A DNA stretch of 64,000 nt from Octopus sinensis (taxonomy: Eukaryota). The notes under the pieces were generated by a model, which searched no databases, was not told the DNA's origin, and saw nothing but the letters and a program-made list of their open reading frames with translations. Positions 25,961 to 39,225 of the stretch are shown piece by piece. The translations under genes and the position numbers were made by a program. The stretch is from assembly GCF_006345805.1 (NCBI RefSeq), contig NC_043022.1:14446001-14510000 (forward strand), read 5' to 3'. Each line of letters starts with the position of its first letter. Within the stretch, counting starts at the first letter, position 1.

Positions 25961-26139
25961 TGTTGTCATTTGAACTCCCCTCTTTGAGATTTCCCTGCCC
26001 CTAATACTCGCTTATTTCTTACCATTACTTAATAATAAGAACAATCTCTATCCTTCTCTTGTATTCTTTAAATTTCCTCTCCATCCTTACTCTAACTTTT
26101 CCTAATCTCTCTTCGTCTCTTCGCCAGCTCCCCTCCACC

Positions 26140-26605
26140 ATTACCACCACCACCACCACCACACAACTCCATCCTGCACTCGAAAACCAGCCCCACTTCA
26201 CTCCATTCACCACTCAGAACTAGCTCCACTGTACTCTATTCCGTCACTACCATAACTACCACATAGCTCAATCTTGCACTCTTAACCAGCTCCACTCACT
26301 CTCATACAACTTCATACTGCACTCTTATCTGGCTGGACTCCACTCCACCCTATTCTACTCCGCTCCACTGCACTCCATTTCACCACCACGATCACCGCCA
26401 GACAACTCCAGCCTGCACTCTGAACCAGCTCCACTCCGCTCCCGTCCACCCTACTCCACCATTACTTTCACTCCCACACAACTCCAGGCTGAATTCTTCT
26501 CCTCACCAGCTCCACTCTACCAATACTACGACTACCACTGAACTCCAGGCTGCACTCTTAACCAGCCTTCACTCCACTCCACTCCGCTCTACTCCACTCA
26601 CCCTC
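26140..26605. repeat. Degenerate C-rich minisatellite
   Basis: Recurring aactcca(g/t)(c/g)ctgcactc...accagctccact units. Confidence 0.75.
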
Positions 26606-26931
26606 GTAATCTCATTTCATACAAACCCTCTGCTACTACATTAGACATGTGTTCACAGCAAAAACACTCGTTTCTCTCTCTCTCTCTAAGCTCCACTAAC
26701 TCCCCCTCAAACTCTTTGCTGATACTGCAGTGAAAAGAAAAAAATTAACCATTTAATATATATTTTATAAAAATATTAATTAATAATTACAACTATAATT
26801 AATTCCTTTTTTTTTTTTTAAGCATTCGTTCTCCCTCTCTCATGTTGAGTCAACCAGCCTTATTTTAAATACACATACTATATTATTTAATTGACATCAG
26901 CAATATATACCCCCACACACAGAGCATATAT

Positions 26932-26966
<35 letters not shown>

Positions 26967-27344
26967 CACATAAATACTACTACATTTACTGCTACTATTA
27001 CTACTATAAGTGACACCACGACAACAACCACAGCAACTGTTCTATAACTGCTTTAATATATCTATATATAATTATATATACGTGTGTGTGTGGTTCTCTA
27101 CTATATTATATTATATCACTACAGTGTTATTAGTATATATTATTAACTGTACACTTTAATTGTTCTAATGTGGAGATCTCATGTGAAAGAAGCACCACCA
27201 CTAAATGCTTCTGCAATAACAAGACCACCACCAGCCTTTTTTTTTCATCTGGAACAGTCTACATGTCTTCATAGTAAGTAAGCATTGACTTAGTTTTTAA
27301 TTATTGACAGTGGAAAACATGAAAAATTGCCATGTTGCGTATAA

Positions 27345-27380
<36 letters not shown>

Positions 27381-27562
27381 TAGTAATTAAACACATATAT
27401 ATTACACGCGCGCACATTGCTATTTTGTCTGTCTCTCTACCTATATGTATGTATATGTAATTATATTTTAAAATGCTGTACGATATATATATTTATACAT
27501 CACACATCTGCATATGCTATATACACACACTCTTGTATATGTACCATAAACATATTTGTATG

Positions 27563-27594
<32 letters not shown>

Positions 27595-29773
27595 CTATAT
27601 TAGATATACACATACAACACGCACCGATCACACATCTGTATTTTATCTATACACCATACACACACACACAGATCTGTATATACCACGCATACGTGACTAT
27701 ATATATGCGACACGCACATTTATATGTACATCGTTCACATGTATATATATATATACCGCACACGTATGCCTATATACACACATGTACTTGCATATATCTA
27801 TGTACACCACACACATCTATATATACACCACATATGTGGCTATATATCAGTATACACACTATACATATATATCCTTGTACACCATACATCTGTCTATACA
27901 CACATTCGTCTGTCTATATTTATACACTCACCATACCTCTGTCTATATATCTATATACATACCACACGTTTGTGTATAAACGTATGTACAGATCACGTTT
28001 GTCTACACACGTATGTACATACCACACGTTTGTCTATATATCTATATACATACCACACATTGTATGTGTATATGAAATATACCCACATAACCATGTCTCC
28101 ACATGTATATATATTTGTATATATTCACTTGTATCTCTCTGTATTTACCCATATGTATTTATATATTTGTATACACCCAATTGTATTTGTATATCTGAAT
28201 ATGCCCACACACATCTTTATATACCCGGACGTTTCCTTATTTGCATCTATATCATACTACACGCATATAAATATATATATATATATATATATCTATATAC
28301 ACGTATACATTTTTCTATACTACATCTTCACGCTTCAGTTTTACACACAACACCCCTCATCATTTTAATTACCGTGTGTGTATTATATATATATATATAT
28401 ATATTCACACATAACTGCAGGTATGTAAGTAGGACTGACTAAAGGATGTGTGTTTAGGTTCCACTAAAACATTTCTATACACACACACACACACGTGTAT
28501 ATATATATATATAGATATATATATAATATATATATTATAATATAGTGTTTGTGTTTAGAGGTTTCTTCTAAAGAAAATTTATGGAAGTAAATTTTATGAA
28601 ATTGAAAATTTGAAAACCAAATTTTAGAAAGGAGGGGGGAGATTGTTAATTGAAAGAAAGCCAAAGAAAGGAAGGGTGGCTTGTAACCTCGAAGGAACCA
28701 ACACTTCTTCTGCACGCACTCGAGACATTTAATTATTAACCAAAAAAAAAAAAACACCCCTCCCTCCCTCCGCCCTACTTCTTTTTCTTCTTCTTCTTCT
28801 TTCCCTTTTCTTCTTCTTCTTCTTCCCAAGACCGACCGTGGTCTTGGAAAGGGGGGAAAGGTTAAGGACATCGAATAGATTGAACGTGGTGGCGGCGGTG
28901 GTAGTGGTGGTGGTTTCTTGATTGGAAGTCGGTAGAACTAGAAAGCGAGGAGGAGGAGGGAGAAATGATATCATTATCACCACCACCATCATCATCACCA
29001 TCATCATCGTCATCTTCGCCACTATTACTGCTAATATCACTATTATTATTATTATTATTTTTATTACTACTACTACTATTGTTACTACTACTATTACTAC
29101 TGCTGACCACCTGACAAAAAAAATATACACGCAAACACATTGCTCTCTTTCGTTACTGTCACCGCTATTTTATTGTTTGTTAGAAGATAAGGTTTGTGGC
29201 CTTATTTGATGTGAATGTGTGTATAGACAGATGTATGGTGTACAAGGATATATATATGTATAGTGTGTATACCGATATATACGATAATTAATCACCCTTT
29301 TTTATTATAGACACCAAGGCCTGGAATTTTGAAGGGAGGGGACTAATCGATTATATCGACCCCCAGTGCTCGACTGGTACTTATTTTATCGACCCCGAAT
29401 AATAATAATATTAATAATAATAATGGTTTTATTTGCCAAAGGGTGGCGTGTCTTTAGACGAAGGGGGGACATCACAAGGACAGTTTATAGTGTGTGTGTA
29501 GGGTTACATAAAAGATTTGTGTGAGTATATGGGAAAATATTAGAGCTTCCCCTTAAAAAAGGCCAAAAAAACAAAAACCTGGCTTGGTCATGTTAAATTC
29601 TATCTTAGAAAACCCAAGACATTGCGACACGCGCGCACACCATATATGTATGTATTGTATACACACATCGCGGCTATATAGTCATCTACACACCCGCATC
29701 CATCCATCTATGTATATCACATCACCATATCTATTTATCTACATACGTCTATCTGCATGTATATATATATATA

Positions 29774-29808
<35 letters not shown>

Positions 29809-30037
29809 TTACTCACCTATCTCTCTCTCTCTCTTCACACACACACACGTATGATCGGCACACACGCATGTCTTCTTCCTACCTACGTATTGTATTCTGT
29901 TCCTCCCATTTGTTCCAACAAACATCCTTGTTTATAAAGCACATGTTTACATAAATGCCCTACATAATTATATATGGTTCGTACATTTATGACTTACACA
30001 TTTTAGCTGCACATATCTATCTATCTATCTATCTATC

Positions 30038-30068
<31 letters not shown>

Positions 30069-30187
30069 CTATATATCTATCTAACGATCTATCTATCTCT
30101 ATCTATATATCTATCTATCTATCTATCTATCTCTATATATCTATCTATCTATCTATCTCTATATATCTATCTAACGATCTATCTATC

Positions 30188-30224
<37 letters not shown>

Positions 30225-30268
30225 TTATCTAACGATCTATTTATCTATCTCTATATATCTATCTAACG

Positions 30269-30301
<33 letters not shown>

Positions 30302-30356
30302 ACTATCTCTCTCTCTCTCTCTCCCTCTCTCCTCTCTCTCTATATATATATATATA

Positions 30357-30407
<51 letters not shown>

Positions 30408-33014
30408 GGCGTACACCATAGTCTACATACGTCTTCTCTGTTTTGGATTGTCTTTCTGTTCTCACCTCTGAGAGTTTATATGTATGTACTGTATAATTAT
30501 GTATCTTTTACTTGTTTCAGTCATTGGACTGCAGCCACGTTAAAGACACCGCCTTGAAGATCTTTTTAGTCGAAGTGACCCCCCACTCTTTTTTGGTGCT
30601 TATTCTAACGGTTCCCTTTTGCCGAACCGCTAGGTTACGAGGGAATCATACACACATACACACACACAAAAACCTGTTGTCAAGTTGTGTAGGAAGGGGC
30701 AAACACACACGATGGTACACATATCTATAATAATAATAATAATAATTGTGTACAGTGCTCAGGTGCACTACAACTCATCTAAAGTGTATATATAATCAGG
30801 TGTAGTTTCAGCGGATTTCGGAAAGCATGAGGGCCTTAGAGGATGCAGTGTCAAGGATATATATATACACATACATGCGGCGGGCTTTTTCCAGTTTCCG
30901 TCCACGAAATCCACTTACAAGGCCTTGATTGGCCCGAGGCGTGTAGTAGAAGACATTTGCCCAAAGTATTGGGAGTGAACACGAAATCGCGTGGTTCTTT
31001 GCCACAGCCAACATCTGTGCTTTATGTCGAGTTGTTCAGAAAACATATACATGACTATTGCTTATTCTTATATACTTTTTTCTTCTTTCTATTTTAGATC
31101 TTGCCGAAATAATAATAAATGCGACGTCTTGATACACAAATGCCCAAATTCTTTGAGACTGGCAGACGGATTGGATTGAGTACCATTTTAGTCTTGGGAG
31201 AATAAATCGAACGGAAATATATATATATTTGGGGAAACCAAAAAAAAAGGTACCACCACCAACACTACTTTACAGAAGAAAAATATAAAAGCATTATATG
31301 GAATAATAATAATAATAATAATAATTTACATACCACCACCACCACCACAATCGCCGCCGCCGCCACTAAGAATCATCGGAAGGAAACTATATAATTAATA
31401 TATTATATATACATACATGTATATATATATATATACACACACACATATATATATTATAAAGAACTCTACATGAAATAACAAAAATACACTCACACACACA
31501 CACATACATATATGATATCGATTAATATTGTTCTTTATTTTTGATTTTGAAAGCTTATTCTGCTTGGAATTTAACGCACAAAGAGGACATTTTCGTTGTC
31601 TGTCTGTCATTCATTTCCACACACACACACCACAAGTCATTCTCTTACACCATAGACATAAACACATTTCTTAACCGTCTTTTTATTATTTAAAGTAGAG
31701 AAAGAAAAAAAACAACCCCCCAACACATAAAGTACTTCCTACATTAAACAACAGATAAACAACGTATATACACACACACGTTTGTACAAATGTATATATG
31801 ATAATAATACTATATATAATATATATGTGTGAAAGATATCAGAAATATGTGAGAGGAGAAACGGTGGGCCATACATAGCATTGTAAAACCCATTCATTCA
31901 TTTTATCTATGAGTCAACAAGCCACTGCTTTTTCCCCTCTTAATTCCCGCCCCCACCTCATTATTTCGGATGTTACCCCCGTCTTTCAACCAGAAAAGAA
32001 AGAGATGTGTGTGGGTGATTTGATCTAGGAGCGGTTTTTCGAAGAAAGAAAGACAAAAAATATACAAAGAAACATCCCGCAAAGCATATTTTTCTTCCTT
32101 TTTCTTTCTTCCTCTTTCATTCAAACTTGCTTTTATTATTTTTTTTTTAAAACAGTCTTTTTTTCATTCTCTCTCTCCTCTACTTTTTTCATTCTCTCTT
32201 CTCTACTTTTTTCATTCATTCTTCTCTTGAGAGAACCACGAACACACACACGCACACAGAGGTAGATAAAGAAAATTCAAAGAAACAGATTTTATTTTCA
32301 ACGATTTTTCTTTCCACCTTTTATTTTCTAGTTCTATTTTTTTAAATTTCAAAAAACTATTATTAATTATATTATTTTCCACCGTCCTTCCTTTCTTTTA
32401 AAACTCCACAAACCTCCCCCTCTTTAAATTGTGGTGCTGAGTGGCTGTTTTGGTTCATTAAAATACTTAATTTAAGTCAAAATCTAAATCGCCGCTATGT
32501 TTCACCGAATGAAAAACCCTTCGATTTTTTTTCAATTCATTTTTTCCGAAGAGACCATCCCTTAGCCGATTCGGTAAACAACAACAACAACAACAACCAC
32601 AAACAACAAACGAACAAAACACACCCTCTTCATCTCCTCCCTCCCCCTCATTCTCTTCCATCCGTCTGTGCGTGTGAATACAGGTTTTAATATTGGTGGT
32701 GGTGGTGGTGCCCTTAGCGGCTCCCTGCGAGTGTCTAAATGTCTGTGTGTGTGTTGTATGTCTGTGTGTATGCGTGTGTGTGTGTCAAGCCAATATAGGA
32801 GAGAGAGTGAGAGAGACAGAGAAAGATAGGCATTTTTCCAAGACCATCTTCCATATTCTTCACTCGCTCCTCTCCCTCCTTCCTTCAGACAATCTCTTAC
32901 TAAGATCTATATCTATATACGTAACACATATAATACGTTCTGTTTATTTATCTACCTGTCTATTTACTCATATATTTATATATATGTATATATACATTTG
33001 ATACTGTGACTAAG

Positions 33015-33046
<32 letters not shown>

Positions 33047-33063
33047 GAACCCCCCTTCCGCAA

Positions 33064-33700
33064 ATGGCCACCTCGAATGACAGTCGCAACAGCGCCAGAC
33101 AAATGCAGACCTCGCCGACCATCAGTATCGGCGGTGTCCCCGGCACCACTTCTGCCTGTTGTTGGCTGGACTTCTGCGAGCAGAGCGGCGTGTCGGCCGC
33201 CGATCGCTTCTTCCAGGACTTCCTCGAGTATCTTATAAGCACGGGTGGATGCGGCGGCGGCCTCCTCGGCTCGTCGGCCACCCCTTCCTCTTCGACGTCT
33301 TCGGTGATGGGCGCGGGCCGGACGCCGTCGGCCGCCGGCGCCGCCGCCACCGCCGTGCAGTCGGCGGCGTGCACGTCGACCACGACCACCACGACGACCA
33401 CCACGACGACCGCCACGGCCACGGCCACCACCAACTCGGTGACGGTCAGCCACGTGCCGACGGCCACGCAGAGCAGCAGCTGTACGAACATCGTGAACCC
33501 GAGCAACACGAACATCATCAACGCCAGCTGTACGAACATCATCAATCCGAACTGCACCAACATCATCAACACCAGCAACACGAACATCATCAACACGACG
33601 TTCTTCTCGTCGACGTCGTCGCTCGCCTCGTCCTCTTCCGCCGCGGCCGCTGCGCCGACTCCCGCTCCGGGTCACCCTCAGGTCACGCAAGGGCTGCAAA
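33064..33700. other. GC/CpG-rich island over the 5' half of the SH2B exon
   Basis: Very dense CG dinucleotides (tcg, acg, gcg codons) against an AT-rich background. Confidence 0.75.
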
Positions 33701-34367
33701 ACCCGCAGCACCAGTTACAGCAGCAGCTGCAGCTCCAACAGCAACTGCAGCAGCAACTACAGCAGCACCACCAACAGCTACAGCAGCAGCAGTTGTCCGC
33801 CTCTTTGTTACTGTCCTCTTCGTCCCTGTCCACCTCATCGTCGCCCTTGCCATTGCCCTTGTCAAATTCCTCGTCATCCTCATCACAGCAACAGCCGCAA
33901 CAGCTGTCCTTACAGCAGAACTTGCAACAAAACCAACAGTATCAACAACTACCACTACCACAGCAACAACAACAACAACAACAGCCACAACCACCACCAC
34001 CACCGCCGCACCCACCACCACCACAACAACAACTACTACAACCACAACAGACACAACCACAACCAACACACCCACCACCACCACCACAACAACAACTACT
34101 ACAACCACAACAGACACAACCACAACCAACACCACCACCACCACCACCACCTCCTCCCCAACAACACCATCACCAACAGCAACAGCAGCAGCAGCAGCAT
34201 CATCATCATCAACAGTACTCGCCACAAAGCGGGTGGATTATCCTTGGAGATGTTATTGTACATTGTCCTAAAAACCCCATGGATTACGCATTAAGATTCG
34301 TGGAACATTTTTCTGAACATTTTGAGGAGCGGATTCGCAGTCTTTCATTCACTGATGATCCAAACAG
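33064..34367 (+). CDS. SH2B: First coding exon of an SH2B/Lnk-family adaptor protein (N-terminal Phe-zipper domain interrupted by a long low-complexity insert); remaining exons not found in the window
   Basis: Uninterrupted ORF from ATG 33064 (caaATGg). aa34-57 WLDFCEQSGVSAADRFFQDFLEYL and aa407-424 DYALRFVEHFSEHFEERI match the two helices of the SH2B Phe-zipper (SH2B1 as recalled: [24 protein letters not shown] ... AFSRRFAELFLQHFEAEV). Canonical donor AACAG|GTCAGT at 34367/34368 (phase 2), after which sequence becomes TA-rich and intron-like. Confidence 0.85.
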
Positions 34368-34496
34368 GTCAGTATATATTTTATATACACCAATTCTACA
34401 CACTTTCTATATATAATTGCATATTTAATATATACACACTTTTTTTTTTTCCGTTTGGTAATTTGGTAAGTTTTGGTTCCCTTTTTTTTTTTACTA

Positions 34497-34878
34497 TGTT
34501 TTCAGTCATTTGACTGCGACCATGTTGGAGCACCGCCTTTAGTCGAGCAAATCGACCCCAGAACTTATTCTTTGTAAGCCTAGTACTTATTCCATCGGTC
34601 TCTTTTTGCCGAACCGCTAAGTTACGTGGACGTAAACACACCAGCATCGGTTGTCAAGCAATGTTGGTGGGGACAAACACAGACACACAAACATATACAC
34701 ACACGTACATATATACATATATATACGACGAGCTTCTTTCAGTTTCCGTCTACCAAATCCACTCACAAGGCTTTGGTCAGCTCGAGGCTATAGTAGAAGA
34801 CACTTGCCCAAGGTGCCATGCAGTGGGACTGAACCCGGAACCATGTGGTTGGTAAGCAAGCTACTTACCACACAGCCA
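34497..34878 (-). mobile_element. Family-A SINE ~130 bp downstream of the SH2B donor
   Basis: Reverse complement of consensus. Confidence 0.9.
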
Positions 34879-35220
34879 GGAAGAAGTGAAAACCAGGTGA
34901 TCACCTCTGAAGCATTTCATGCAGGAACCTGGCTAGCAGTGTATAAAGGTTTTACCTTTTGATGAGTCAAAGAGCGATTGGTTGTAACTTTAGTCAATAA
35001 TTATAGGAGCAATCCAAGGCATGTATATCAAATAGGTATGCCTATAATCGTGGTAACTTCAAAGTTCCTGCCTGCTGGCCTTCATTGGATGAATGCTTGC
35101 AGTTTGAAACTTCGAGGTTACTGTCAACCTTCCTCTTGTAAAACTTTAATAAACATGTACTCCAAAAACGTATCAAGTAATGTAAAATTCCTTTAACTAT
35201 AACTACTAATAAAAGTAAGC

Positions 35221-35270
<50 letters not shown>

Positions 35271-35274
<4 letters not shown>

Positions 35275-36420
35275 TGTAGCCTACTGGCTTGCCAGTCCCC
35301 AGTCAAACCGTCCAACCCATGCCAGCATGGAAAACGGACGTTAAACGATGATGACATCATTTTTGTAAAGTTGTTGAATGTGGGACTTTTCTGTGAACAA
35401 TGAAGGCAGTACCTGTGACCCACACCTTTTATTTGGTAATTAAAAAAAACAACCTTTTGTTGGTAGTTGGCTGTGTGATCAGAAGCTTGCTTCCCAACCA
35501 CATGGTTCTGGGTTCAATACCACTGCGTGGCACCTTGGGCAAGTGACGTCTGCTATAGCCTCGAACAGACCAAAGCTCACCATCACTTGATGTTCCCGAA
35601 ACTTAGTTCGGCGAAAGATAGAGTAAGTACAGGGCTTACAAAGAATAAGTCCCGGGGTCCATTTCTTTTACTACAGGGGGTGCTCAAGCATGGCCGCAGT
35701 CAAATGACTAAAACGTGTAAAAGAGTAATATATACACCATTTGTGTTCTTTTTTTGTACGTATGTTGCACTTAGAACCACCTGAGTTGGATCTCTGGTTT
35801 AAATTGGATTTGGTACTTGCGTATGTCTACAATATCTTACCACCACTTGATACCTTCATGGTTGCTTTATCTCATTATGAACCCTATATTGTACCTAGCT
35901 GTTTCTGGGGTCCTAAATGTTCAAGTGCCTAGAGTCTATTGAATCACACACACAAGGATATCACACACACAAGGATATCACAGAAAGGCCTCGTTGGAGG
36001 ACCGCTGCAATAACGATGTGAATCTGAGAGGGGAATACGTTGATTAAAATCGTAACTGATTCTCTAGTTTCTTTCACTCAACGCCAGGACCTTTTCAGCA
36101 GCCCCTCGTGTGTATGTATGTATATTTATATGTATGTGTATATACACACACACAGACCGTTTTTGGTAAAGTTGTTAAATCTTTTTTTTAATAGAGGAGG
36201 CAATGTTTGTGACCCACGTTCATTTTTTTTATATATACTTTCTTTTTGTTGGTATTTATATATTTTATCGGCATTGCTGTATGGTTAAGTAACGCGCTTA
36301 AACAAGCACGTGGTTTGTGGATTCAGTCCCATTGCGCGGCACACCTTAGCCGTCTTCTAAGCCCCAGATCGCCCAATGCTTTGTGAATGAATCTGGTAGA
36401 TGGAAACTGCGATAGGCCAT

Positions 36421-36499
<79 letters not shown>

Positions 36500-37655
36500 T
36501 ATATATATGGTGTAGCCTACTGGCTTGCCAGTCCCCAGTCAAACCGTCCAACCCATGCCAGCATGGAAAACGGACGTTAAACGATGATGACATCATTTTT
36601 GTAAAGTTGTTGAATGTGGGACTTTTCTGTGAACAATGAAGGCAGTACCTGTGACCCACACCTTTTATTTGGTAATTAAAAAAAACAACCTTTTGTTGGT
36701 AGTTGGCTGTGTGATCAGAAGCTTGCTTCCCAACCACATGGTTCTGGGTTCAATACCACTGCGTGGCACCTTGGGCAAGTGACGTCTGCTATAGCCTCGA
36801 ACAGACCAAAGCTCACCATCACTTGATGTTCCCGAAACTTAGTTCGGCGAAAGATAGAGTAAGTACAGGGCTTACAAAGAATAAGTCCCGGGGTCCATTT
36901 CTTTTACTACAGGGGGTGCTCAAGCATGGCCGCAGTCAAATGACTAAAACGTGTAAAAGAGTAATATATACACCATTTGTGTTCTTTTTTTGTACGTATG
37001 TTGCACTTAGAACCACCTGAGTTGGATCTCTGGTTTAAATTGGATTTGGTACTTGCGTATGTCTACAATATCTTACCACCACTTGATACCTTCATGGTTG
37101 CTTTATCTCATTATGAACCCTATATTGTACCTAGCTGTTTCTGGGGTCCTAAATGTTCAAGTGCCTAGAGTCTATTGAATCACACACACAAGGATATCAC
37201 ACACACAAGGATATCACAGAAAGGCCTCGTTGGAGGACCGCTGCAATAACGATGTGAATCTGAGAGGGGAATACGTTGATTAAAATCGTAACTGATTCTC
37301 TAGTTTCTTTCACTCAACGCCAGGACCTTTTCAGCAGCCCCTCGTGTGTATGTATGTATATTTATATGTATGTGTATATACACACACACAGACCGTTTTT
37401 GGTAAAGTTGTTAAATCTTTTTTTTAATAGAGGAGGCAATGTTTGTGACCCACGTTCATTTTTTTTATATATACTTTCTTTTTGTTGGTATTTATATATT
37501 TTATCGGCATTGCTGTATGGTTAAGTAACGCGCTTAAACAAGCACGTGGTTTTGGATTCAGTCCCATTGCGCGGCACACCTTAGCCGTCTTCTAAGCCCC
37601 AGATCGCCCAATGCTTTGTGAATGAATCTGGTAGATGGAAACTGCGATAGGCCAT

Positions 37656-37660
<5 letters not shown>
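35271..37660. repeat. Near-identical direct tandem duplication, period 1236 bp
   Basis: 35271-36423 repeated at 36507-37658 (identical ORFs 35527/36763, 35741/36977, 36040/37276); junctions in (TA)n. Confidence 0.97.
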
Positions 37661-37711
<51 letters not shown>

Positions 37712-38012
37712 AGATATTCTATTGACATTCAATAATTTATATTACATTAAATACTATGAATATAACATATAACATAGCATAATATTATATAAATAATTAT
37801 AAAACCCATAAAAGGCCAACAGATTGTTACGGCTTATATATATATGTTTTCTGATGTACATAATCTCAGTTCAATTATATATAAGTCACTCAGTTTGTTA
37901 TATATATATATAGTTAATCCAAACATGAAAACACAGACAAAACACAACAACGCGAGGACGTGGGACAAGTATAGTGTTATTAGACGCCCAGGAAAGGAAA
38001 GAAAGAAGGAGG

Positions 38013-38047
38013 ATTTGACGTTTCGAGCGCAGCTCTTCGTCAGAAAC
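38013..38047 (-). ncRNA. Minimal type I hammerhead ribozyme motif (GUC site) in Penelope-like repeat 37912-38063
   Basis: Minus strand GTTT-CTGACGA-A-GAGC-tgc-GCTC-GAAA-C-GTC-AAAT. Confidence 0.65.
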
Positions 38048-38718
38048 ATAGGAAAAGGGAAGACGGAGAGTTATATACTCCTTGCTGTTCAGGAGTGGAA
38101 AATCAGACGTTTTGGAAAGTCTTTCCTTCATCAGAAGAAAAGTTGAAAAGACAGAAATTAGTTTCATATCCTAAGTTTAAAAAGGGAGGGGTGGGAACTC
38201 CCACGAAACTAGGCGTGTGTTTGTGTTAGTCCCACCACCGCGTGACAACCGACGTTGGTTTGTTCATGTCTAACAGCACCAAAAATTCCGATAAAGTACC
38301 AAACTTAGAAATAAAAAAGTACGATTTGTTTGGCTGAACCTTTCAAGGCGTCGCTCCAGCTTGGCCGCACTCCAGTGACTGAAGCGAGTAAGAGATAAAA
38401 GATACTTTTTTTTTTGGTAAAGTTGCCGAATGTTTTTCGTTTTTTTTCTTCTTTTTAAATATTTGGATTTTGTTGAATTTTTTCCAGTATTTCAAGTTTT
38501 CGCCAGATTTTTTTTTCAAATTTACGTTACAAAAAAATGAATGCGATTAGATCTTTTTGAAAATAATCTAGTAACACTTTGAAACACTTGAAGTGGTTGG
38601 AAGAAATTTAACAAGATCCGGATATATTTTTTGTTTGGGGGGAAAATCATGGCTGCGGAGACGAGAGAGGAGGGAGGGAGTGTGGGGCGTATCCTCGAAT
38701 TGGAGACCTGGCCTGACC

Positions 38719-39225
38719 GGAGTGGCTGTGTGGTAAGTAGCTTGCTAACCACCCACATGGAGCCCCGGGCCGACCAAAGCCTTGTGAGTGGATTTGGTAG
38801 ACGGAAACTGAAAGAAGCCTGTCAGCACCCACTACACTCACGGAGTGGTTGGCGTTAGGAAGGGCATCCAGCTGTAGAAACACTGCCAGATCAGACTGGA
38901 GTCTGGTGCAGCCACCTGGCTTCCCAGACCCTGGTCGAACCGTCCAACCCGTGCTAGCGCGGAAAACGGACGTTAAACGATGATGATGATGTGTGTATGT
39001 GTTTGTGTCTGTGTTTGTCCCCCTAGCATTGCTTGACAACCCCTAGCATTGCTTGACAACTGATGCTGGTGTGTTTACGTCCCCGTAACTTAGCGGTTCG
39101 GCAAAAGAGACCGATATAATAAGTACTGGGCTTACAAAGAATAAGTCCCGGGGTCGATTTGCTCGACTAAAGGCAGTGCTCCAGCATGGCCGCAGTCAAA
39201 TGACTGAAACAAGTAAAAGAGAGAG
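38719..39225 (+). mobile_element. Family-A SINE with nested family-D element (~38823-38990)
   Basis: cacccactacact...ggcgttaggaagggcatccagctgtagaaac...gttaaacgatgatgatg replaces the central tract; 20-bp duplication ccctagcattgcttgacaac. Confidence 0.85.

Noticed and set aside
27417-28442. 341-aa and 214-aa Y/I/H/T-rich ORFs
   Set aside because: Degenerate AC/AT microsatellite with no domain-like signal
33245-34215. Insert as a cryptic intron (GT at 33245, AG at 34214-34215)
   Set aside because: Weak donor, no polypyrimidine tract and incompatible phases (1 vs 0); other sites not excluded without RNA data
32976-34271. Antisense and alternate-frame ORFs (206, 223, 370, 180 aa) over the SH2B exon
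   Set aside because: By-products of GC-rich triplet repeats; only the 33064 frame has a recognisable domain, a good start context and a donor site
34368-34416. C-terminal SVYILYTPILHTFYI of the 450-aa ORF
   Set aside because: Read-through into the intron after the AG|GTCAGT donor
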